Part shown: in pieces, positions 9,947-17,964 of the stretch
How positions within the stretch are numbered: position 1 is the stretch's first letter
How the letters are laid out: every line of letters begins with the position of its first letter
Assembly: GCA_026003235.1 (NCBI GenBank)
Contig: BPGW01000001.1
Coordinates: 216,224 to 280,223, forward strand
DNA length: 64,000 nucleotides
Direction: 5' to 3'
Origin: Bacteroidia bacterium
GTDB taxonomy: Bacteria; Bacteroidota; Bacteroidia; SpSt-205
Notes under the pieces: generated by a model
Database searches by the model: none
What the model was told of the DNA's origin: nothing
The model's input: only the letters and a program-made list of their open reading frames with translations
Position numbers and translations under genes: made by a program

Positions 9947-10243
9947 ATGACTCAGGAGGAGGTGCTTCAGGCCATCCAGAGCCGGCTCGACCGAGTCAAA
10001 GACCTGCGAGGCACGGTCAAGTTCGTGGTAGATGGGGACAAGGTGGTGCATGTGGATGCGACGCAGCAGCCGCCTGCCCTCTCCAGCGAAGACAGGCCGG
10101 CCGATTGCACGATTCGGATCGAGGGTTCTACGCTGGCCGATATCCTGAGCGGGAAAAGCTCGGCCATGACCGCCTTTATGTTTGGCAAGATCAAGGTTGA
10201 AGGGAATATGGGCATCGCCATGGCGATTAGCCGTATTCTCTGA
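9947..10243 (+). CDS. SCP2 sterol-binding domain protein
   Basis: C-terminal SAMTAFMFGKIKVEGNMGIAMAISRIL is typical of SCP2 domains. Start chosen at ATG 9947 (MTQEEVLQAI) because the -7 box lies inside the longer track ORF (9920). Confidence 0.75.
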   Translation: MTQEEVLQAIQSRLDRVKDLRGTVKFVVDGDKVVHVDATQQPPALSSEDRPADCTIRIEGSTLADILSGKSSAMTAFMFGKIKVEGNMGIAMAISRIL

Positions 10244-10604
10244 TGCGCAACCCTTTCTTGCCGGGGCACCAAAAGCGATACACGGCCCACGTCACGCCAG
10301 AAAAGACAGCCGCTTTTCACGGCCAGGAAGTACACCCTATTACGCTACCTTTGCGCTTGGGCAGGATGCCGAATGGGCCTGTCGGCTTTTCGTGCTGGAG
10401 ATGAAGGAAGAAGACGAAGAAGGCATCGGCACCTTCCTTTCTGTGCATCATGTCGCTCCTGTGCCCGTGGGCGCCCAAGTAGAGATTGTCGCTACGCTGC
10501 TATGGGTGCGCGACAGGACCGTCCACTGTGCGTACGAGGTGTGGTGGGAAGGGCGTCGGGTCGCGTATGGCGAACAGACACAAAAAATCCTGCAAAAGCG
10601 TTAA
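10243..10604 (+). pseudogene. hotdog-fold thioesterase (FlK-like), apparent -1 frameshift at CCC 10335-10337 (possible assembly error)
   Basis: ATG 10243 (TGATG overlap with the SCP2 stop) opens MRNPFLPGHQKRYTAHVTPEKTAAFHGQEVHP. The conserved remainder YYATFALGQDAEWACRLFVLEMKEEDEEGIGTFLSVHH... is in the frame of track ORF 10182..10604. That ORF's own N-terminal 50 aa is Arg-rich junk overlapping SCP2. Confidence 0.65.
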
Positions 10605-10613
10605 CTTTCACTT

Positions 10614-12267
10614 ATGCGTTGGTTAGGTTGGATGGGGCTGGGTGTGGCGGTGGGGCTGGGCGCTTTTCTGGTAGGCTTCCGCTGGCGTGAAAGCGGACCT
10701 CAGGAAACCCAAGCCGACGACCTGCGCAAACTCCAGCTCATCATTGAGCTCGTAGAGAAGTACTACTACCGTCCCATCACCCAGGAAGAGCTGGTACGCA
10801 AAGCCATAGAAGGGCTTTTCCGAGGGCTGGACCCGCATTCCTTCTACATTCCGAAGGAAGTCCAGCAGCAGGAAGAGGCCGAAATGTCCGGCGGCTTTGA
10901 GGGGATCGGGATCGAGTTTCAGATTGTGGACGACACGATACAGGTGGTGGCGCCGATTGCGGGCGGCCCCAGCGAACTCTTAGGCATCCAATCGGGGGAC
11001 CGCATCATTGAGGTGGATGATAAAGTCGTCGCGGGCAAAGGCATCACCAACCAAGATGTGATACGGCTCCTGCGCGGCAAAAAAGGCACCAAAGTCAAAG
11101 TAAAAATCTTGCGTCCTGGAGAGCCTCAGCCCCTGGACTTTGAAATCACTCGGGATCGGATTCCGATACATGCGGTGGCTTTTGCGGGGAAAATAGGGGA
11201 CATGGGCTACATTCAGCTGAATCGGTTCTCTGAGAATAGCCACGACGAAGTGAGGGCGGCGCTGCGTAAGCTCAAAGAGGCGGGGGTGCGAGGCATTATT
11301 TTGGACCTGCGGCGCAATCCAGGGGGCTATCTGCACATGGCCCAGCGCATAGCCGATGAATTCCTCGCCGAAGGAAAAAAGGTGGTCTACACGCAAGGGC
11401 GTGTACCCGAGAGCAACACCAGCTATGTCGCCACCAGTTATTACAACGCCTATGAGAAGGGACCGCTTATTATTATGATTGGTCCGGGCAGCGCTTCCGC
11501 CAGCGAGATTGTGGCTGGAGCTGTGCAAGACTGGGATCGGGGACTGATCGTAGGGCAAAGGTCCTTTGGCAAAGGGGTGGTCCAGACCCAACGCTACCTG
11601 CCTGATAGCTCAGCGGTGCGCATCACTTTCTCGCGTTACTTCACGCCCAGCGGTCGCTGCATCCAAAAGCCCTTTGAAGGACTTTCCGCTGAAGAGTACG
11701 AAAAAGAACTTGAAGAGCGTATGAAACGAGGCGAGTTTCTGGATGAAGCGCGTATTCCTTTGCCGGACTCGCTGAAGTACCTTACCGCTTCCGGACGAGT
11801 CGTCTATGGGGGAGGAGGGATTATTCCGGATATTTTTCTGCCTCTGGATACGACCGATCGGATAACCCCCTGCGCTCAATCCGCCCAGCGTAAAAACCTT
11901 TACCTGCTGGCAGCTCGGGCTTACTTAGATAAGCATCCTGACCTCAAGAGCCGCTATCACTTCGGCTGAGGACTTTGCCCGACGATTCCAGGTGGACGCC
12001 CATCTGTGGGAGCTTTTCATCCAGCTGGCAAAGGAAAAAGGCTTAGACTGCGCTTGGCAAGCCGATTCCGTGCGTCGGGACGTGGAGTGGTTTTTGCGAG
12101 CCTTTGTAGGGAAATTGGCTTTTGGCGAAGAGGCTCAGACGCGGGTGCAAATGGAGCGAGACAAACAGCTCAAAGTGGCATTGCGGCTCCTGCCTGCCGC
12201 TGAAGAGCTTGAACAGACTGGTCGTCTGACGCGCGAACGGTACAAACCCCTCTTGACGGAAAAATGA
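10614..12267 (+). pseudogene. S41 family carboxy-terminal processing peptidase, C-terminal about 95 aa displaced into another frame (indel between 11929 and 11969)
   Basis: ORF 10614..11969 has a PDZ domain plus the S41 core (GPGSASASEI, RSFGKG). It stops at ...KSRYHFG*. The next frame continues AEDFARRFQVDAHLWELFIQLAKEKGL... (track ORF 11992..12267). The joined length of about 546 aa matches Bacteroidota S41 peptidases. Confidence 0.65.
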
Positions 12268-14427
12268 CCTTCTCCTGGCAAGCCGACCTTGACCCCCAGC
12301 AGTGGGAAGCGGTCTCTTGTGGGGAGGGCCCTACCCTCGTCCTGGCTGGCGCAGGCAGCGGAAAAAACCCGGGTGCTCACTTACCGCATTGCTTACCTCC
12401 TTGAGCAAGGCATGGCCCCCGAAGCTATTTTGGCCCTGACCTTCACCAACAAGGCCGCCGACACGATGCGGGAACGCTTGCAGGCTCTGGTGGGCGACCG
12501 AGCCTTGAACCTTACCATGGGGACTTTTCACAGCGTCTTTGCCCGCTGGCTGCGCCGGGAGCTGCGGGGCAACCCCGTCTCCAGCGACTTCACCATCTAC
12601 GACGAAGAAGATAGCCTCGCCGTCCTCAAAACCCTCCTCAAAGAACACGGCCAGGAGGCCAAGCAAGCCAGTGCCTTTCGGCGAACCATCAGCCGCTGGA
12701 AAAACGCCGGCCTGGGGTGGCAGCAGGTGAAACCTACTAACCCCCACGAAATCAAGGCCGTGGAGTACTTCCGCCTCTACGAGCAGCGCTTACGCGCCGC
12801 CAACGCCTTAGACTTTGATGACCTCCTGCTGCAGACAGAACAGCTTTTCCTGCGTGAGCCGGAAGTGCTGGCTCGCTATCAGACCCGCTACCTCTACATC
12901 CTGGTAGATGAATACCAAGACACCAACCCGCTGCAGTATCGCGTTTTGCGTTTGCTGGCTGCTCGTCACCGCAACCTCTTCGTAGTGGGGGACGACGCCC
13001 AAAGCATCTATAGCTTTCGCGGGGCAGATGTGCACAACTTTCACCGCCTGAAAAACGACTTTGCGCCGGTCCGCCTCATCCGCTTAGAGCAGAACTACCG
13101 TTCTACGCCGCAGATCCTGGAGGTGGCCAACGCCCTGTTGGAGCACAGCGAGGAAGTGCATCCCAAGCGGCTTTTTACCCGTAACCCTGTTGGTCCGCCG
13201 CCCCACCTTTACACCGCTTGCCGGCATGCCCGGGAAGAGGCCTCTTTCGTAGCACAGAAGATCCGAGAAGAGTGTGCACGCCACCATTTGCGTTATGGGG
13301 ACTTCGCCGTGCTCTATCGCACCCACGCCTATTCCCGGTCTTTTGAGGAGGCTTTCCGGCTTTTGGGCATCCCTTACCGGGTGGTCGGTTCGCTTTCGTT
13401 TTATCGCCGGGAAGAAGTCAAACACTTCACGGCTTTTCTCCGTTTTCTCGTCAATCCCGATGACGATGCGGCGCTTTTGCGGATTGCGGGGGTTCTGGCT
13501 GAAGGGGTAGGCGACATTACCTGGGCTAAACTGCAGGAACAGGCGCAGGTGGAGGGGTGTTCGCTTTGGGGGGCGCTTCCCCAAGGAGTGGCTCTGCTCC
13601 GGGGACCTGTGCAGCGAGCCCTTGAGAGCTTTTATAAGCGTTTACAGGCTTTCCGGGAGAGGGTAGGCCCTTTACTCTTTCCTTACCAGGTGGAAGAGGC
13701 TTTGGAGCAAAGTGGGCTTCTTTCGTATTACGACCAGGATGAGCGGGCCGCCGAACGCAAAGAAAACCTCCATGAGCTGGTGGCCGCAGCCCAGGAATAC
13801 GCTCGGCAGCACGGTGAACAGGCTTCTTTGCGGGGATTCCTGGAGTCGGTGGCGCTGGCTTCTTCCGCCGAAGACCCCGAAAAAGGCCCTCAAGACCGGG
13901 TTTGGCTGTCTACCGTTCATGCGGTCAAGGGCTTGGAATTCCACACGGTGTTTCTTGTGGGGGTCGTAGAGGGCTACTTCCCTCACAGTTATGCGCAGGA
14001 TGAGGGCCCGCAAGCGCTGGAAGAAGAGCGTCGCATCTTTTATGTAGCGCTGACCCGGGCAAGGCGCCATCTGTATATTTCGGCGCCCCAGTACGATCCT
14101 CGCTCGGTTCGCGAACCCCGGCCGGCTATACCCAGTCGCTTTCTGAGGGAGATAGGCCTTCTTGAGGCGCCGAAAGGGAACCCAGGTGTGCGGCTCACAA
14201 GGCCTGCTGCGCTTCCTACGCCAAGCCCAGAAAAAGCGGCTGGGTTTCTCCCTTCGGACCCTGCTCAAATCAAGCCTGGCATGACCATAGAGCATTTGCA
14301 CTTTGGACGGGGGGTGGTGCTGGCTCGGGAGGAAAACGGCGCCCTGGGGGTGGTCCAGGTGCAATTTGAAAAATCTGGCATCAAAAAGCTTGACCTGCGT
14401 TATGCCAAACTTAGACTCGTCTCGTAA
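12264..14427 (+). pseudogene. uvrD: UvrD/PcrA-type SF1 DNA helicase, Walker A split by one extra A in an A6 run (possible assembly error)
   Basis: ATG 12264 gives MTFSWQADLDPQQWEAVSCGEGPTLVLAGAGSGK. The long ORF 12289..14427 carries TRVLTYRIAYLL..., ILVDEYQDTN, VGDDAQSIYSFRGA, QNYRS and TVHAVKGLEF. Confidence 0.9.
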
Positions 14428-15037
14428 GCTCTCGTATCCCCCGCGGGTTTCCACCACGGAATGGGGTGTTTGGCTGGGAGATTTTTTGTATCGCATAACT
14501 CAGGAGGTGCCGGCTGAGCAGCGTCCTGCGGTGTTGGCGTACCTTTTTCGGTGGCTTCTGGCTCGGGAAAGCGGGGGCGCTCGCCTCTCTGAGGAGGAGA
14601 TACAAAGCCGGCGAGAACGCTTTTACGCCAGTCTGCCGCAGGAATTGCGTCCTTACTTTCCCTGGCCGGCTCCGGAACCTCTCCCCTCCTGGCAGCCTCA
14701 AAGGCCCCCTTACCCTCATTACCATACGCCTTTTCGGCAGTATGGCTTTCTGGCCGCTCGCTGGGCAGAAAGGCTGAGCGGCCTGGATCCAACGACCCAA
14801 CAGGCCGTAGGCGCCCAACTGGCTCGGTACCTCCTGGAAACGCTGCGTAGCCATAATCAGCCTGTGGAGGAAGAGACCCTGCTGGAACATCTTTACCTAC
14901 TTAGCGGGGAGAAAGTGCGTCTGTTGGCTACAGGCCAGAAAGGAGCGTCTGAGGCGGATTCCGTAGAACGGGCTTCTGAAGGGGGGGACAGGCGGCGTTG
15001 GCGCAGGGGCCGGCGTTCCTTCCGCAGGCGGCGATGA
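14402..15037 (+). CDS. DUF4290 domain protein
   Basis: Resembles the Bacteroidota DUF4290 family (YPHYHTPFRQYG, LLEHLYLLSGEKVRL, basic C-terminal tail) and sits in the conserved position directly upstream of murA. The start is uncertain; ATG 14402 overlaps the uvrD end by 26 nt. Confidence 0.65.
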   Translation: MPNLDSSRKLSYPPRVSTTEWGVWLGDFLYRITQEVPAEQRPAVLAYLFRWLLARESGGARLSEEEIQSRRERFYASLPQELRPYFPWPAPEPLPSWQPQRPPYPHYHTPFRQYGFLAARWAERLSGLDPTTQQAVGAQLARYLLETLRSHNQPVEEETLLEHLYLLSGEKVRLLATGQKGASEADSVERASEGGDRRRWRRGRRSFRRRR

Positions 15038-16344
15038 GGTTTTACATAGAAGGAGGAACCCGCCTCCAGGGCACCTACGTGCCTCAGGGCGCTAAAAACG
15101 AAGCGCTTCAGGTCATCGCCGCGGCCCTCCTGACCCCTGAACCCGTGGAGATACAGAATCTGCCTGACATTCGGGATGTAGCCCGGCAGCTTGAGCTGGT
15201 GGCCTATCTGGGGGCCTCCGTAGAACGGTTGGATAGCCACCGGGTTCGTATACAGGCCAGGGACCTGGAGCCCCGGCGCCTACTTTTGCCTGAAGGACGG
15301 GAGCTTTTTCGCAGCATTCGGGGGTCGGTTCTGATAGCGGGCCCGCTTCTGGCGCGGTGTGGAGAAGCTTACCTGCCTCGTCCTGGGGGAGATAAGATTG
15401 GGCGGCGTCGGCTGGATACCCATCTTTTGGGGCTGATGCAGCTGGGGGCCACCTTCTCGTACGACACCAAGACCGAAACTTTCCACCTAGCTGCTCCGAA
15501 GCGGCTTCAGGGGCGTTTCCTTTTGCTGGAAGAGGCTTCGGTGACGGGCACGGCTAACCTGCTCATGGCTGCAGCCCTGGCTGAAGGAGAAACCACCCTT
15601 TACCATGCCGCCTGTGAGCCTTACATCCAGCAGTTGGGACGCTTGCTTCAGCGCATGGGGGCTTCTGTAGAAGGCCTGGGTACCAATCGCCTGCATATCC
15701 AGGGGCAAAAAAGCCTTAGAGGCGCTACCCACCAGCTCCTCCCCGATGTCATTGAGATAGGCAGCGTGATAGGGCTGGCGGCGATGACGCAGAGCACCTT
15801 GCGGATTGCGCCGGTGCCGGAGGAACACCTGGGCCCTATTCTGCATCCCTTCGCCCGAATGGGCATCACAGCAACCCTGGAAGGAGAGGCGCTTGTCTTA
15901 GAGCCGCCTGTCGTGTACCGGCCCGATACCCTTTACGAAGGTGAGGTGCTCCAGATTTCAGACCACACCTGGCCTGGAACGCCACCGGACCTTCTGAGCG
16001 TCTTGCTTGTCGTGGCTACGCAAGCGGCCGGCCACGTACTGATCCACCAAAAGATGTTTGAAAGCCGCCTGTTTTTCGTGGATCGGCTCATTGAGATGGG
16101 GGCGCAGGTGGTGCTGTGTGATCCGCATCGGGCTCTTGTGATTGGGTTAGGGCGTCGGGCGCCGCTACGGGGCATCCGGATGAGCAGCCCCGATATTCGG
16201 GCTGGCATGGCGCTGCTGATTGCGGCGCTCTCCGCCGAAGGCCCAAGCCTCATTGAACAGGCCGACCAGATAGAACGAGGCTACGAACGGCTTGATGAGC
16301 GTTTGCGGGCCTTGGGTGCTTCTATTCGCCGGGAGGGAGAGTAA
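15034..16344 (+). CDS. murA: UDP-N-acetylglucosamine 1-carboxyvinyltransferase MurA
   Basis: MRFYIEGGTRLQGTYVPQGAKNEALQVIAAALL and PRPGGDKIGRRRLDTH. ATGA overlap with the upstream stop supports ATG 15034 over the longer track ORF. Confidence 0.92.
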   Translation: MRFYIEGGTRLQGTYVPQGAKNEALQVIAAALLTPEPVEIQNLPDIRDVARQLELVAYLGASVERLDSHRVRIQARDLEPRRLLLPEGRELFRSIRGSVLIAGPLLARCGEAYLPRPGGDKIGRRRLDTHLLGLMQLGATFSYDTKTETFHLAAPKRLQGRFLLLEEASVTGTANLLMAAALAEGETTLYHAACEPYIQQLGRLLQRMGASVEGLGTNRLHIQGQKSLRGATHQLLPDVIEIGSVIGLAAMTQSTLRIAPVPEEHLGPILHPFARMGITATLEGEALVLEPPVVYRPDTLYEGEVLQISDHTWPGTPPDLLSVLLVVATQAAGHVLIHQKMFESRLFFVDRLIEMGAQVVLCDPHRALVIGLGRRAPLRGIRMSSPDIRAGMALLIAALSAEGPSLIEQADQIERGYERLDERLRALGASIRREGE

Positions 16345-16349
16345 AACCG

Positions 16350-16357
16350 TACCTTTG
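16350..16357 (+). promoter_or_regulatory. -7 promoter box TACCTTTG upstream of rbfA
   Basis: Exact TAnnTTTG 3 nt upstream of ATG 16361. Confidence 0.45.
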
Positions 16358-16360
16358 CTT

Positions 16361-16768
16361 ATGGCCCGCCCGCCTAACCTACGCCAGCAGCGCTTGGCCG
16401 CAGAAATCAAGCAGTACATAGCCGACATCCTCCGCGAGGCCGCCGACGAGCTCCCACCCCTGAGCGAAGGGCTATGGGACGTGACCGATGTGCGGCTCAC
16501 ACCTGACCTACAGCAGGTGCGGGTGTACTTGCTGGTTTCGCCTCAGGAGAAGACAGACTTTATCGTGCGGCTGCTGAATCAGCACCAGAAGGTGATCCGA
16601 TACCGCCTGGCCCAACGAATCCGCCATCTGGTGAAGGTGATGCCCACCGTGCAGTTTTTTACAGATGAGGTGGAGCTGCGGGCCCGCCGCATTGAAGAGG
16701 TTTTGCGCAACCTTCCTCCCCCCGCCAAAGAAGAGGGCGAGTCTACGGGCTTGGGAGAGGCGCCTTAA
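16361..16768 (+). CDS. rbfA: ribosome-binding factor A
   Basis: MARPPNLRQQRLAAEIKQYIADIL...VTDVRLTPDLQQVRVY pattern typical of RbfA. Start set by the -7 box. Confidence 0.85.
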   Translation: MARPPNLRQQRLAAEIKQYIADILREAADELPPLSEGLWDVTDVRLTPDLQQVRVYLLVSPQEKTDFIVRLLNQHQKVIRYRLAQRIRHLVKVMPTVQFFTDEVELRARRIEEVLRNLPPPAKEEGESTGLGEAP

Positions 16769-16771
16769 GCG

Positions 16772-17962
16772 ATGTGGTGGTTAGCCTGGCGGTACATCTG
16801 GGCAAGTCCGCGTTCGGTGGTGCGGTGGCTGGTACGGCTTACTTTCCTCGTCGTGGCGCTCTCCGTCGCAGCTTGGATCGGGGTAGCCTCGGTCTTCAAT
16901 GGGTTTGCAGCTTTCTTAGAAGAGGTTTTCCAGCGGGTAGATCCGGATGTGCGCCTGGAAGGGGTAGGCTTGTCGGACTCGCTCCTACAGGTTCTGCGCA
17001 GGTGGTCCGGGGTAGAGGCCGCCTCGGGAGTCTACGAACGCATCGCCCTCCTTCGGTACGGCCAGCGTCAAGCGGTGGTGCGTCTGCGCCTCGTAGATGA
17101 AGCCTACCCCCAAGTCAGCCGGGTAGGGCATCAGCTGGTGCTGGGGGAATCCTTTCCATTGGATAGGAAGGGCGTGCTCATAGGGTCTGGGGTGGCGGTG
17201 CGGTTGGCCCTGCTTGATCCGTCCGAGTCTCCTCTCTGGATGTATGTGATTCCCTCCGGCAAACGGCTTGCCCACTACGACCCTGAGGCGCTGCCGCATA
17301 AGCGGGTCTTTCCGCAAGGTATCTTCAGTGTGCAACGGGAATACGACGAGAGCTGGGTGATTGCGGCTCAGCGCGACTGGCCGGAAATACGAGGCTCGTA
17401 TGATGTGATTGAACTGCGCCTCAGGCCCGGTAGGGCGGTAGAGAAGTTCCTGCCTGCGCTCAAAAGACGCTTGCCTGCGGGGGTCTTTGCCCAGGATATG
17501 CGGGCTCAGCATGCGGGGTTCTTTCGGGTGCTGGCCCAGGAAAAGGCCTTGGCTCGGATAGGCCTGGCTTTTGTGCTGTTACTTACGGCCAGCTCGGCTT
17601 TCAGTACGCTTTCTACCTTGCTTCTGCTCAATCGGAGGGACTGGGCGCTCTACCAGGCGCTTGGCGCCACGCCAGACCAAGTCGTGGGCGTAATAGGGCG
17701 CATCGTGGTGTGGCTCCTTGGCGTGGGAGGAGGCCTGGGCATCCTACTGGGCACAGCCCTGGTAGCGTCCCAAGCTACTTTCCACTGGGCCAAGCTCCGA
17801 GGAGGAGAGGGGTTCTTGCTCCAGCACTTCCCAGTGAAGCTGGCGTGGGTGGATTTCGCCTGGATAGGTCTCCTCCTGGGGCTTGTGGGGCTGGGACTAT
17901 GGCTGTATGGACGATATCAGGTGTATCGCGTATCTTTCAGGGCAGCTTTGCAGGGCGATTGA
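16772..17962 (+). CDS. FtsX-like ABC transporter permease (LolE-like)
   Basis: 396 aa, N-terminal TM segment plus a C-terminal FtsX 3-TM region. Conserved position after rbfA in Bacteroidota. Confidence 0.75.
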   Translation: MWWLAWRYIWASPRSVVRWLVRLTFLVVALSVAAWIGVASVFNGFAAFLEEVFQRVDPDVRLEGVGLSDSLLQVLRRWSGVEAASGVYERIALLRYGQRQAVVRLRLVDEAYPQVSRVGHQLVLGESFPLDRKGVLIGSGVAVRLALLDPSESPLWMYVIPSGKRLAHYDPEALPHKRVFPQGIFSVQREYDESWVIAAQRDWPEIRGSYDVIELRLRPGRAVEKFLPALKRRLPAGVFAQDMRAQHAGFFRVLAQEKALARIGLAFVLLLTASSAFSTLSTLLLLNRRDWALYQALGATPDQVVGVIGRIVVWLLGVGGGLGILLGTALVASQATFHWAKLRGGEGFLLQHFPVKLAWVDFAWIGLLLGLVGLGLWLYGRYQVYRVSFRAALQGD

Positions 17963-17964
17963 TC

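Noticed and set aside
10602-10609. Near-consensus -7 boxes, each with one mismatch: TAACTTTC before the S41 protease, TACCTTTA before TBDR 56613, TACCTTAG before the Lpd-like gene, TAATTTAG before cutA.
   Set aside because: They are not exact matches, and I listed only exact TAnnTTTG hits to keep the false-positive rate low. They may still be functional.
17710-17964. N-terminal extensions of the track ORFs for patatin (17710), anmK (22414), porV (25416), mutL (29549), the rhodanese lipoprotein (33579), ruvC (39871) and ftsH (49176).
   Set aside because: The extensions overlap upstream genes, a tRNA or a terminator, and are compositionally junk. Internal ATGs give canonical N-termini or signal peptides, often with start/stop coupling overlaps or a -7 box.
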